Positions 1 through 9,454 of a stretch of 64,000 nucleotides of DNA are shown here, piece after piece; within the stretch, counting starts at the first letter, position 1; every line of letters starts with the position of its first letter. This DNA comes from Capsulimonadaceae bacterium (GTDB taxonomy: Bacteria > Armatimonadota > Armatimonadia > Armatimonadales > Capsulimonadaceae): assembly GCA_965215505.1 (NCBI GenBank), contig OZ244065.1, positions 5,568,001 to 5,632,000 of the forward strand, written 5' to 3'. The notes beneath the pieces were generated by a model. That model made no database searches. It was not told the origin of the DNA and was given only the letters and a program-made list of their open reading frames with translations. The position numbers and the translations under genes were made by a program.

Positions 1-1
1 A

Positions 2-685
2 GACGCCCTGGGCCTGGACTCGCCGCCGGAGCGCATCGAGGCGTTCGACATCTCCACCATCCAGGGCAGCAACTCGGTCGGCGGCATGGTGGTCTTCCAG
101 GACGGCAAGCCTTTGAAGTCCGATTACCGGCGCTTCAAGATCCAGAAGCCGACGCCGACCGGCGAGCCGAACGACTTCGCTATGATGCGCGAGGTGCTGA
201 CGCGCCGCCTGAAGGAGTTCCAGTCGGACAACCCCAAGTTCAACACCCTGCCCGACCTGATGCTGATTGACGGCGGTAAGGGCCAGCTCTCGGTCGCCGT
301 CTCGGTCGCCGCCGAACTTGGGCTGGAACTGAACATGATCGGCCTCGCCAAGCAGTACGAGCTGATCTACACGCCCGGCAAGTCCGAGCCTCTTGTCCTG
401 CCCCGGAACTCCCAGGCCCTGTTCCTGCTTCAGCGCGTCCGCGACGAGGTCCACCGCTTCTCCGTCACCTACCACCGCACCCTGCGCGGCAAGAATGCCA
501 CCATGTCCGTGCTGGACACCATCCCCGGCATCGGCCCGACCCGCCGCCGCGCGCTCCTGAACTTCTTCGGCAGCGTCGAGCGGCTGAAGCACGCGAATGT
601 TGACCAGATCGCCAACGCCCCCGCCATGAACCGCAAGCTGGCGACCACCATCCACACGATGCTGCACGGGGGGGACGAGGCCTGA
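2..685 (+). CDS. uvrC: Excinuclease ABC subunit C, C-terminal part (5'-truncated by window)
   Basis: Frame is open from base 2: PPERIEAFDISTIQG, YRRFKI, DFAMMREV, PDLMLIDGGKGQL, RDEVHRF and C-terminal HhH IPGIGP. Confidence 0.97.
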   Translation, partial: DALGLDSPPERIEAFDISTIQGSNSVGGMVVFQDGKPLKSDYRRFKIQKPTPTGEPNDFAMMREVLTRRLKEFQSDNPKFNTLPDLMLIDGGKGQLSVAVSVAAELGLELNMIGLAKQYELIYTPGKSEPLVLPRNSQALFLLQRVRDEVHRFSVTYHRTLRGKNATMSVLDTIPGIGPTRRRALLNFFGSVERLKHANVDQIANAPAMNRKLATTIHTMLHGGDEA

Positions 686-1203
686 TGGAGCCGTTGACGC
701 CGGAGCAGGAGGAGCGGCTTGTTGAAGTCCGGCGGCTTCGCATCGAGGGCATCCAGGCCGCCAAGAAGCTGCGGAACGACGACGCGGAAGCGTTCTATCG
801 GCAAGCCCTCCGTCTGCATGAGGACACGCTGGGGCAAGACGATCCCGGCATCGCGGACAGTCTGTGCGCCCTCGTTTACGAGTTTGGCCGTCATGGTCGT
901 CATGCCGAGGCGGAGTCACTGATTGCCCGTTCTCTAGCTCTGTTGCACCAAAAACCTGTGCCGAAGTATCGTGGCATCCTGGGAACGCTGGACGGGTAGG
1001 CTAAGAGGTGCCACGAACGCGGGGACTATGGCAATGCAGAGCGGTATCACAGATGGGTGCTGGCGGCGCGGGAGGAACTCCTGGGACCGAACCATCCGCG
1101 CGTCGTAGCCACCCGCAGGAAGTACGTTGCGCTTCTCCAGGAAATGGGGCGCGAAAGTGATGCGCGTCAAGTGAGGTACAATGGGGAAGGAGAACTGAAA
1201 TGA
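685..1203 (+). pseudogene. Kinesin-light-chain-type TPR protein with in-frame TAG at 997-999
   Basis: TPR motif LGQDDPGIADSL before the TAG; same frame continues AKRCHERGDYGNAERYHRWVLAAREELLGPNHPRVVAT to TGA 1201-1203, which overlaps the next ATG (ATGA). Confidence 0.8.
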
Positions 1204-1469
1204 CCATCACCCTTGTACCTGAAATTGAAGCGCGTCTTTGTGAGCGCGCAGCGAGGGACGGGAAAGACATGGAGGCACTCGTGAATCAAATGCTAGATGA
1301 GGCGCTGGCAGAGAAGGCCGAAAAAGAAGAAGCGTATCACCGCGCCCTGCTGGCATCCGGGCTGGTAAAGCGGATCGCCCGGCGGACGGAGCCGGACACG
1401 TCGGAGCGCCGTTTGATTGAAGTGCAAGGGGAGCCTGTCTCGGAGACGATTATGCGGGAGCGACGCTGA
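1200..1469 (+). CDS. Putative type II antitoxin (RHH-like N-terminus, VapB-like)
   Basis: MTITLVPEIEARLCERAARDGK RHH-like pattern; SD GGAG; directly upstream of a PIN gene. Confidence 0.75.
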   Translation: MTITLVPEIEARLCERAARDGKDMEALVNQMLDEALAEKAEKEEAYHRALLASGLVKRIARRTEPDTSERRLIEVQGEPVSETIMRERR

Positions 1470-1934
1470 ATGGCTTCCTACTTCGCGGACAGCAGCGCCC
1501 TCGTCAAGCGGTATGTGCAGGCACGCGGTTCGGCCTGGGTCATTGGCTTGTTCATGCCGTTTCCGCATGATGATGTCTACATCGTCGCAGTCACTCCCGT
1601 GGAGATCGTGGCTGTTCTAATGCGGCGCTCACGCTCGGGCACTATGACCGAGGCGGACGCGGCGGCGGCCTGTTCTCAGTTCCTCGCTGACTTGCCTCTG
1701 GACTATCAAGTGGTCGAAGTGACAGAGGGGATTATCAACCCTGCCATCCTTCTCGTGAAGAAGTATAAGCTGCGGGGCTATGATGCCATGCAACTGGCGG
1801 CGGGCTGTCAGGTGAATGCGGTCTGCCTCGCGACCGGTCTGCCTCCACTCGTCTTCATCTCGGCAGACAAAGAGCTAAACGCCGCCGCGAGCGGCGAGGG
1901 CCTGTCGGTGGACGACCCGAACGCGCACCTCTAG
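1470..1934 (+). CDS. vapC: PIN-domain toxin, VapC family
   Basis: YFADSSALVKRY, VE, LRGYDAMQLA, FISADKEL acidic PIN residues. Confidence 0.9.
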   Translation: MASYFADSSALVKRYVQARGSAWVIGLFMPFPHDDVYIVAVTPVEIVAVLMRRSRSGTMTEADAAAACSQFLADLPLDYQVVEVTEGIINPAILLVKKYKLRGYDAMQLAAGCQVNAVCLATGLPPLVFISADKELNAAASGEGLSVDDPNAHL

Positions 1935-1941
1935 GACGAAC

Positions 1942-2343
1942 ATGCACTTGCTCCTGCGCTGGATACTGAGCGCCGTGGCCCTCTACATCACGGTGCTGCT
2001 GGGCCACTTCATCAATCTGAGCCATCCGGAAACCGGACTGCGGTTCTGGATCGCGCCGGGCCTTGCGGGCGTACAAGGGGCGCTGCTCTTCGTGCTGGCG
2101 TTGGGCGTCGCCAACGCTTTGCTGCGGCCCGTGCTGAAGGCCCTGACCCTGCCGCTGACCTGCCTGACCTTGGGGCTGTTCTCGTTCGTGGTGAACGCCT
2201 TCCTGTTCTGGCTGGTCGGGCAGTTCGTCCCCGGCTTCCACGTCGCCGGGTGGCAGGCACCGCTCTTCGGGTCGGTCGTGATGAGCCTCGTCGGGGGCCT
2301 CTTGAATAACGTCCTGGTGTCGAGACGGGAGCGAAAACGCTGA
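1942..2343 (+). CDS. Phage-holin-family (YvlD-like) 4-TM membrane protein
   Basis: LGVANALLRPVLKALTLPLTCLTLGLFSFVVNA signature. Confidence 0.88.
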   Translation: MHLLLRWILSAVALYITVLLGHFINLSHPETGLRFWIAPGLAGVQGALLFVLALGVANALLRPVLKALTLPLTCLTLGLFSFVVNAFLFWLVGQFVPGFHVAGWQAPLFGSVVMSLVGGLLNNVLVSRRERKR

Positions 2344-3209
2344 TGCAGTTAGTCGTCATTACGGGGATGTCGGGCGCGGGCAAGGCGTCGGCGGCCAAGG
2401 TGTTCGAGGACATGGCCTACACGGTCGTGGACAACCTGCCGCCGATCCTGCTGCCCGAGCTGGTCGAGAAGTGCCTGGGGGCGGGGGAGCAGCCGCCGGG
2501 CGAGCGGCTTGCCGTCGTCATTGACGCCCGCTCCGGGTCGTTCCTCATGGGCCTGGAGCCGGCCCTCTCGCTGATCCGAAAGGCGGGAGTCCGGCCCATC
2601 GTGCTGTTTATCGATGCTTCCGACGGCGTGTTGATTCAGCGATTCAAGGAAACCCGGCGCAAGCACCCGCTGTTCGAAGACCAGGGCGGCATCCTGGGCA
2701 GCATCCGGGCCGAACGGTCGCTTCTGGAAGACATCAAGGAAAGCTCCGACAAGGTGGTGGACACTAGCGACATGGGCGCACACGAGCTGCGGACACTCCT
2801 GCTGTCCGAATTCGCGCCCGCGCAGGACAAGAGCCAGGGGCTGATCGTGACCGTGAATTCGTTCGGCTTCAAGTACGGCCTGCCGCTCGACGCCGACCTC
2901 GTTTTCGACGTGCGGTTCCTGGTCAACCCGCACTATGTGGACGACCTGCGGCCTTACGACGGGCGCAACCAGATCATCGAGGAGTTCGTCATGCGCGACC
3001 CGGACAGCGGCCTGTTCCTGGGGAAGCTGTACGACCTGATGGACTGGAGTGTCCCGCGCTACATCGCCGAGGGCAAGGCATACCTGACCGTCGCCATCGG
3101 CTGCACGGGCGGGCGGCACCGGTCCGTGGTCGTCTCGGAGAAGCTGGGCGCACACCTGCGCGCCCTCGGCTACCGCGTCCTAGTGCAGCACCGCGACGTG
3201 GATAAGTGA
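2343..3209 (+). CDS. rapZ: RNase adapter RapZ
   Basis: ITGMSGAGK, VDNLP, ETRRKHPL, SFGFKYGLPLDADLVFDVRFL, IGCTGGRHRSV. Confidence 0.97.
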   Translation: MQLVVITGMSGAGKASAAKVFEDMAYTVVDNLPPILLPELVEKCLGAGEQPPGERLAVVIDARSGSFLMGLEPALSLIRKAGVRPIVLFIDASDGVLIQRFKETRRKHPLFEDQGGILGSIRAERSLLEDIKESSDKVVDTSDMGAHELRTLLLSEFAPAQDKSQGLIVTVNSFGFKYGLPLDADLVFDVRFLVNPHYVDDLRPYDGRNQIIEEFVMRDPDSGLFLGKLYDLMDWSVPRYIAEGKAYLTVAIGCTGGRHRSVVVSEKLGAHLRALGYRVLVQHRDVDK

Positions 3210-3236
3210 TGGAAGTGACGTTGTGAGAGTGACGCC

Positions 3237-4553
3237 ATGAGTGGCCTGTGGTCCTGGCTGAAATGGCTGTATCCGGGGATGCGCGTCAAGCGCTGGATGA
3301 TGCTGACCCTGGTCGGCCTCGTCATGGTCGTCGCGGGCATCATCCTCGCCGTCAACGTCACCTGGGGCAGCTACCTCCAGATACTGGATAACCTGCTCTA
3401 CTGGATCTTCGACAAGACCAACGGCTACCTGGACACCAGTGTCACCGGCGTCTATCTCCCCCTCGGCCTGACCCTGGTCACGCTCGGCCTGCTGATGATC
3501 TTCGTCTCCTACTTCCAGTTCAACCGCTCGGTTCTGGCGGCTGTTGCCCCCGAGGCGCGTGAAGACCTCGCCGACCGAATCTTCCAGCGCCGCTCGCTCG
3601 CACAGGGCCAGCGCATCGTCGTCCTGGGCGGCGGGACTGGACTGTCCACGATGCTGCGCGGCCTGAAGGAGCGGACCTCCAACATCGTCGCCATCGTCAC
3701 CGTCACCGACAACGGCGGGTCGTCGGGCCGGCTGTCCCAGCAGATGGGAGTCCTGCCGCCGGGCGACCTGCGGAACTGCCTGGTCGCCCTGGCCGACGCC
3801 GAGCCGACACTCGCCTCCCTGTTCCAGTTCCGCTTTGATGAGGACCAGGAGGGCCTAGCCGGACACTCGTTCGGCAACCTGTTCATCGCGGCCATGACCG
3901 AGATCTACAAGGGCAACTACGAGCAGGCCATCGCGGCGACTTCCAAGGTCCTCGCCATCCGGGGCAAGGTCTACCCGTCTACAGTCCAGAACGTGACGCT
4001 GCTGGGGGAGATGGAGGACGGGAGCATCATCGAGGGCGAGACACAGATCGCGCACCACGCGCTGCCCATCAGGCGGATGTATCTGCGGCCCGAGAACGCC
4101 CAGCCCCTGCCGGAAGCCTTGGAGGCCATCCGGCTGGCCGACGCCATCATCATGGGGCCGGGCAGCGTCTACACCAGCGTCGTCCCGAACCTGCTGGTGG
4201 ACGGCATCGCCGAGGCGATCCACCGAAGCCGGGCCGTCAAGATCTACGTCTGCAACGTGATGACCCAGCCGGGCGAGACGGATAACTACACCGCCTCAGA
4301 CCATGTGCGCGCTTTGATGCTGCACGCGCCAGGCAGGCGGCTACTGGACTACGTCCTGATCAACAAGGAGCCGCCGGCCCATGAGGTCTTGGAGCGGTAC
4401 GAGAAGTACGGCCAAAGGTTCGTCACGCCCGACGCCGACGCCATCCGGGCCATGGGATTAACGCCGGTCGCCGTCAACCTCATCTCCCAGACCGACATCG
4501 TCCGCCACGACCCGGCCCATCTCGCCGAGGCCATCTACCGGATCATTCTGTAG
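3237..4553 (+). CDS. yvcK: YvcK/CofD-family gluconeogenesis and cell-wall factor with N-terminal TM segments
   Basis: GGGTGL, VTDNGGSSGRL, PPGDLRNCL, GHSFGNL, GPGSVYTS, NVMTQPGET, RHDP. Confidence 0.95.
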   Translation: MSGLWSWLKWLYPGMRVKRWMMLTLVGLVMVVAGIILAVNVTWGSYLQILDNLLYWIFDKTNGYLDTSVTGVYLPLGLTLVTLGLLMIFVSYFQFNRSVLAAVAPEAREDLADRIFQRRSLAQGQRIVVLGGGTGLSTMLRGLKERTSNIVAIVTVTDNGGSSGRLSQQMGVLPPGDLRNCLVALADAEPTLASLFQFRFDEDQEGLAGHSFGNLFIAAMTEIYKGNYEQAIAATSKVLAIRGKVYPSTVQNVTLLGEMEDGSIIEGETQIAHHALPIRRMYLRPENAQPLPEALEAIRLADAIIMGPGSVYTSVVPNLLVDGIAEAIHRSRAVKIYVCNVMTQPGETDNYTASDHVRALMLHAPGRRLLDYVLINKEPPAHEVLERYEKYGQRFVTPDADAIRAMGLTPVAVNLISQTDIVRHDPAHLAEAIYRIIL

Positions 4554-4595
4554 GGGCACAGCGGGAGAAGAGGGCGCGGCAAGCAACGCCCCTAC
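4550..4595. repeat. Inverted pair of GTAG-type REP elements between convergent genes
   Basis: GTAGGGGCAC at 4550 (degenerate) and minus-strand GTAGGGGCGTTGCTTGCCGCGCCC at 4572-4595. Confidence 0.7.
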
Positions 4596-6640
4596 GCCAG
4601 CAATTCCAGTCGCGCCTGCGTCCCCGCCGCCATCGCCTCAAACCACGCCCCCGTCGGGTCAACGAGCGGCAGCCACCAGGCCGTCGGGCGGAGCTGCGTG
4701 TGTTCCAAACCTTCAATCGTCAGGTAGGCGTCACGGACCAGATCGAGCCGCGCCATCTGCGCCTCCCGGACGATCTCCGCGATCCGAGTCCGCGCCGCCG
4801 TCGCCTCCGGCCCGCGCTCAAGCAGGCGGCGCTGGCGGCGGAACTCGGCCAGCAGGGAGCGCGTGGCGGCGATGCGCTCGCGGGCGGTCTCAATCGGCCC
4901 GTCGAAGGATTTGGCGCGGGCCGCGATCTGGCGCTCCGCTTCCCTCCGCCACGACTCGGCTTCCTTGCCGTCCGAACTCGCCTCCGCCTTCCGCAAGAGA
5001 GGCTGGACGTTCTGCCTCCAATCCTCGCCTTTGCGTCGCTCCAGATCCATCCGCTCGCGCCCCCAAACGGCGATCTCCCGCCGGTGTTCCTCGACTCGGC
5101 CGCGCAGCGTCTCACTGTGAGATGCGACCTCTTTCAGCGCCTTCAAGGCCGCATCGTACTCGTCACGGCGCTCGCACCAGCACAGATCGGCCTTGCCTTC
5201 CAGGAAGGTCAGCAGGTGGCGCGGGCTGGACAGGGCGCGCGACTCGCGCAGAGTCTGGCGGCACGATTCGATGACTTCGTGCCAGCGTCCGGCGAACTCG
5301 CGGGCCGAAACCGTCTCAGCCCCGAAAGCCGCCGCCAGATGCGGCGGCAGGCGCAGGGCGGTCCCGTCGGGGGCGGACGCCAGAGCGTCCCAGGTGGGGT
5401 AGGTCAGCCTGACGATCGGGTAGAGCGTCTGCGCCAGCCCGTGCTTCGCCAGCGAGGCGTTCATCGCCTGCGTCGCGGAGGTGTAGGCCGAAGCCGTCTC
5501 GTGGAAGACGACCAGATGCTCCTCGGCGATCATGTTCGCCAGTGTCACCGCCTTGCCGACCAGGACCACGTCGGGGCCGAAATGCGCTTCTGTCACGGCG
5601 GCGAGCTGTCCCAGCGTCGTGATCCGCCCCTGCACCGGCACGAATATCTCCTGTGGGGCTGTCTCGATGACCAGCGCGGCGGGCGTCGTGCGGATCGTGC
5701 CGCGCCCGACGCCGGGGATGACCAGGTCGAAGGGGATCGCGCCCGCCCCGAAAGCATCCAGGGTGTACATGCCTAGCCCCGCCACCGACTTGTCGTAGGC
5801 CCGGCGTGCGACCGGGCGCGTTTCCGGATCGAGGAACAGGCCGACGAGACGGAAACGGGGCAGGGCGCAGGTGGCACGGTTGAACTGGAAAAGTGAGGTG
5901 GAGGCGGTCGTCTGGAGGTCGCGGGCCGGTTCGCCCAGCAGGAGCGCGTAGAAGCGCGGCAGGAGGGTCTGGTACAGGTCGGACAGCCGACACGAGTCGC
6001 TGCATGTTTCCAGGAACTCCAGCACCCAGCCGCGCACCTGCGCCGCCGTTCCCGCTGCATGAGCGCGCGTCTTCTCGTCCGCCAGACAGGCGATGCTCTC
6101 CGCGAAGCCCCAGTCGAGCTGTTCCAGCAGGGCGTCCTGGATGTCCCGGATGGGGATGTCGTGGGCGATGACGCTGTGCGACTCGGTGTGGACGATGCCG
6201 CGCCAGCCCCACGCCGTCGTCTTGTCGGCGTAAAGCCGGCTCTTGCCGCCGGGATACGTCTTGCCCAGCCAGTCGAAGGGGACGCCGTGAGACAGGAACA
6301 TCGCGCGCGTCGGGACGCTCTCGCTGCCTAGCAGGGACGACAACTCGCCCGCCGCGCTCCATAGGTCGCGCGTCTTGCCGTCGTCATGGGGCAGCGCGAC
6401 GTAAGGCTTGTCGTCCCCGACGTGGGCCGACGTCTTGGCGAAGTAGTCCGTGTCGTGGACGCCTGCGATCAGCGTCGCGCCGGGCAGGTGGGAGTCGAGC
6501 AGGCGCCGCCAGACCGCCTTGGCCGGCTCGTCCCAGAAGACGGTCTGGCCCAGGGCGAGAAACGGCACGTCCGGGTGGCGCTCGCGGATCGTATCCAGCG
6601 CGCTCAGGACGGACGGGTCGGCGGCGGTCGGGGAAGGCAT
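4592..6640 (-). CDS. Hypothetical protein with C-terminal coiled coil; possible remote BshC-like fold
   Basis: Long ORF with host-like codon usage; ATG at 6640 preceded by GGAG; motifs LGQTVFWDE, HDTDYF, GKAVTL, FHETASAY. Confidence 0.75.
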   Translation of the reverse strand: MPSPTAADPSVLSALDTIRERHPDVPFLALGQTVFWDEPAKAVWRRLLDSHLPGATLIAGVHDTDYFAKTSAHVGDDKPYVALPHDDGKTRDLWSAAGELSSLLGSESVPTRAMFLSHGVPFDWLGKTYPGGKSRLYADKTTAWGWRGIVHTESHSVIAHDIPIRDIQDALLEQLDWGFAESIACLADEKTRAHAAGTAAQVRGWVLEFLETCSDSCRLSDLYQTLLPRFYALLLGEPARDLQTTASTSLFQFNRATCALPRFRLVGLFLDPETRPVARRAYDKSVAGLGMYTLDAFGAGAIPFDLVIPGVGRGTIRTTPAALVIETAPQEIFVPVQGRITTLGQLAAVTEAHFGPDVVLVGKAVTLANMIAEEHLVVFHETASAYTSATQAMNASLAKHGLAQTLYPIVRLTYPTWDALASAPDGTALRLPPHLAAAFGAETVSAREFAGRWHEVIESCRQTLRESRALSSPRHLLTFLEGKADLCWCERRDEYDAALKALKEVASHSETLRGRVEEHRREIAVWGRERMDLERRKGEDWRQNVQPLLRKAEASSDGKEAESWRREAERQIAARAKSFDGPIETARERIAATRSLLAEFRRQRRLLERGPEATAARTRIAEIVREAQMARLDLVRDAYLTIEGLEHTQLRPTAWWLPLVDPTGAWFEAMAAGTQARLELLA

Positions 6641-6814
6641 GAGTGAACTCCAGCGAGAAAAGCAGTCGGGTAAAGTATACCCAATATCCAGGCGCGGGTG
6701 GGCCAATGGCGGAATGCCGTCTGCGGGACACTGGTTCCCGGCCTTGCGAACAGGCCGGCAAGTGAGGTATCCTAACAGGCGAAAACAGAACACACCGAGG
6801 AACCTTGCCCACTC

Positions 6815-8134
6815 ATGGTTGATATCCTGCCGTTCAGCGGCGTCCGCTACGATCCCGCCGGCGCAGGCTGGGATTTGTCCGTCTTGGTCGCGCCCCCCTA
6901 TGACGTCATTTCGCCCGCCGAGCAGGCCGCGCTTTACGAGAAGCACCCCGCCAACGTCGTGCGGCTCATTCTGGGGCGCGAGGAAGACAAATACGCCCAG
7001 GCCGCCCGGCTGTTCCGGGAATGGCTGTCATCGGGCGTGCTGAAGGCCGACGATGAGCCTGCGCTCTACGTCTACCATCAGACCTTTGCCGACCCGGCCA
7101 CGGGCGAGCCGGCCCCGGAGCGGATGGGGCTGGTCTGCCTGCTGAAGCTGGAAGACTACAGCACGGGCCGCGTCTTGCCGCACGAGAAGACCCTGACCGG
7201 GCCGAAGGCCGACCGCCTGGAACTGCTCCGGGCGACGGAAGCGCAGTTTGAGTCCATCTACGGCCTGTACTCGGACCCCGACCGGTCCATCGAATCCTTC
7301 CTGGACGAGTACGACGACCGCGAGACGGTCATCGAGCGCGTGGACGGGCTGATCGGCTCCTCGCACCGCGTTGAGCGGATCACGGACACGAACGCCCACG
7401 CCGTCCTGCGCGACCTGCTGGCCGACACGCCCGTTTTCATCGCCGACGGGCACCACCGGTACGAAACCGCGCTGACGTACCGCCGCGAGGTCCGTGCCGC
7501 ACACCCCGAAATCGCCGAAGACACGCCGCTCCCCGCCGATTACATCCTGATCACACTGACGGCCTTTGAAGATGAGGGCCTGCTGGTGCTGCCGACGCAC
7601 CGGCTCATCAGGAACGTGCCGCCGGAGAAGATCGCCGCCCTGCCGGACGCATTGGCCGCGCGCTTCACGCTTTCGGGCAGCTCGCCGGACACCATGGAAG
7701 CCGAGATCGCCACCCAGGCGGAGGCCGGCAAGGTCGCCTTCGGCGTCGTCCTGCCGCCGGGGACCGTACACCTCGCCGTGCTGAATGAGGCGGTAAGCCC
7801 TGATCTGCCTGCCGCCGCGCGCCTGCCGGTGACCCTGCTGGGGAGCCTCATCCTGGAGCCGTGCTTGGGCATTGACGCCGCCGCCGTGGCTGGTGGGGGA
7901 CAGGTTTCCTACACGCGCGAACTGACTGAGGCCGTCGCCGCCGTTGAACGCGGCGAGGCGCAGGCCGCCTTCCTGCTGGGCCGCCCTACCGTCCAGGAGA
8001 TCAAGGAGGTGTCGCTGGCGGGGGATGTGATGCCGCAGAAGTCCACGTTCTTTTTCCCAAAGCTGCTGTCCGGCCTGGTCCTGCGCGACCTGAAGGCGGA
8101 CGACCCGGCGGAGGCACTGTCGCCCGATGCTTAA
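6815..8134 (+). CDS. DUF1015 family protein
   Basis: PPYDVIS, PHEKT, IADGHHRYETAL, PTHR, MPQKSTFFFPKL. Confidence 0.93.
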   Translation: MVDILPFSGVRYDPAGAGWDLSVLVAPPYDVISPAEQAALYEKHPANVVRLILGREEDKYAQAARLFREWLSSGVLKADDEPALYVYHQTFADPATGEPAPERMGLVCLLKLEDYSTGRVLPHEKTLTGPKADRLELLRATEAQFESIYGLYSDPDRSIESFLDEYDDRETVIERVDGLIGSSHRVERITDTNAHAVLRDLLADTPVFIADGHHRYETALTYRREVRAAHPEIAEDTPLPADYILITLTAFEDEGLLVLPTHRLIRNVPPEKIAALPDALAARFTLSGSSPDTMEAEIATQAEAGKVAFGVVLPPGTVHLAVLNEAVSPDLPAAARLPVTLLGSLILEPCLGIDAAAVAGGGQVSYTRELTEAVAAVERGEAQAAFLLGRPTVQEIKEVSLAGDVMPQKSTFFFPKLLSGLVLRDLKADDPAEALSPDA

Positions 8135-8975
8135 CCGCGTGTTCGCGCTCCTCTGCGGCATCCCTTTCCTGCTGAGTGCCGCCCACGCCGCCCCGCCCAA
8201 AGCGCCGGCAGCGCCGCCCAAGCCTGCCCTGCCTGCGTCCAAAGCCAGGGCGCAGGTGCAGGCGGCCCGGAAGATGCTGCCGGAAGCCTTTTACGACTCG
8301 CCGAACTTCCCGGAACGCTACCGCCCCTACATGACCCTGCTCGGCAAGGACGAGTATGAGCAGGAGCGCGGCTACAAGTTCAACAAGATCATCCGGGGCG
8401 ACATCCGCAAGCAGCGCATTGCCCTGACCTTCGACGACGGCCCGCACCCTGTCTACACCTTGCAGCTTCTGGACATCCTGCGCCGCACCCACACGCCCGC
8501 CACGTTCTTCGTCGTCGGCCGGCAGGTGGAGAAGAACCCGGCCCTGGTCCAGCTCGAAGTCGCCGAGGGCCACGAGATCGGCAACCACACCTACGACCAC
8601 GTCAACCTGACCCTGATCCCGCCCGAGCTGATCGCCTACGAGCTGGACCAGTGCGACGCAGCCATCAAGAAGGCGACCGGGTCGTCCGCCCGCTTCTTCC
8701 GCCCGCCCGGCGGCGACTACAACGGGGACGTACTCCGGGACGTCGCCCAGCGCGGCTACATCACGACCCTCTGGACCAACGACCCCGGCGACTTCCAGAA
8801 GCCCCCCGCCGACGTCATCCTGAAGCGCAGCCTGGAACACCTGGAGAACGGGGCCATCATCCTGATGCACGACGGCATCCCGCAGACCTTGCAGATCCTG
8901 CCGCAGTTCATTGAAGAGGCCCGCCGCCGCGGCTACCAGTTCGTCACCATCAGCCAGCTCGCGCGGGACTACTAG
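8127..8975 (+). CDS. Secreted polysaccharide deacetylase (CE4/NodB)
   Basis: Signal peptide; TFDDGP, GHEIGNHTYDH, FRPPGG, IILMHDG. Confidence 0.95.
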   Translation: MLNRVFALLCGIPFLLSAAHAAPPKAPAAPPKPALPASKARAQVQAARKMLPEAFYDSPNFPERYRPYMTLLGKDEYEQERGYKFNKIIRGDIRKQRIALTFDDGPHPVYTLQLLDILRRTHTPATFFVVGRQVEKNPALVQLEVAEGHEIGNHTYDHVNLTLIPPELIAYELDQCDAAIKKATGSSARFFRPPGGDYNGDVLRDVAQRGYITTLWTNDPGDFQKPPADVILKRSLEHLENGAIILMHDGIPQTLQILPQFIEEARRRGYQFVTISQLARDY

Positions 8976-8983
8976 AGGCCGCT

Positions 8984-9373
8984 TTGCCCGATCATCTCCT
9001 CAGACAGTGTCTCCTCGTCGGGGCGGGCGGGTTTCTTGGGGCCGTCGCGCGATTCCTGCTGAACGTCTGGGCCACGGGACGCTACGGGAATCAGTTCCCC
9101 TGGGCGACGTTCGGGATCAACGTCAGCGGCTCGTTCCTGCTCGGCCTGCTGATGACTCTGTTCCTCGCGCGGTTTCTCAGCGACCCCTGGCGATTGTTCC
9201 TCATGGTCGGCTTCCTCGGGGCGTATACGACGTTTTCCACCTTCGAGTACGACTCGGCCCGCCTGGGCCTGTCCTGGGCCGCCCTCGGCAACCTGCTGGG
9301 CAGCGTGGCGGCTGGGTATGGGGCGGTCTGGCTCGGCATCCGTCTCGGTGAGGCATGGCCGCACGGCAGCTAG
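8984..9373 (+). CDS. crcB: Fluoride efflux channel CrcB/FluC
   Basis: GGFLGAVARF, FPWATFGINVSGSF, GFLGAYTTFSTF. Confidence 0.95.
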   Translation: MPDHLLRQCLLVGAGGFLGAVARFLLNVWATGRYGNQFPWATFGINVSGSFLLGLLMTLFLARFLSDPWRLFLMVGFLGAYTTFSTFEYDSARLGLSWAALGNLLGSVAAGYGAVWLGIRLGEAWPHGS

Positions 9374-9454
9374 GTTTAGCGCTCGCCCGCTTGTTGGAAA
9401 GTCTTGCTGAACGACAGTTTTGGAGACGACACGGCCCTGTAAAGGACACCAACG

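Noticed and set aside
997-999. Pyrrolysine or alternative-code read-through of TAG
   Set aside because: TAG is a normal stop in many core genes here (yebC, mnmE, dapB) and no pyl genes are visible
1942-2343. Holin-family gene as prophage evidence
   Set aside because: YvlD-like genes are ordinary chromosomal neighbours of rapZ/yvcK; no phage genes nearby
2361-2390. RapZ Walker A reads GAGKA rather than GAGKS/T
   Set aside because: Single substitution in an otherwise intact gene; cannot judge significance without orthologs
8976-8983. Fluoride riboswitch before crcB
   Set aside because: Only 8 nt separate crcB from the upstream gene and no recognisable motif is present
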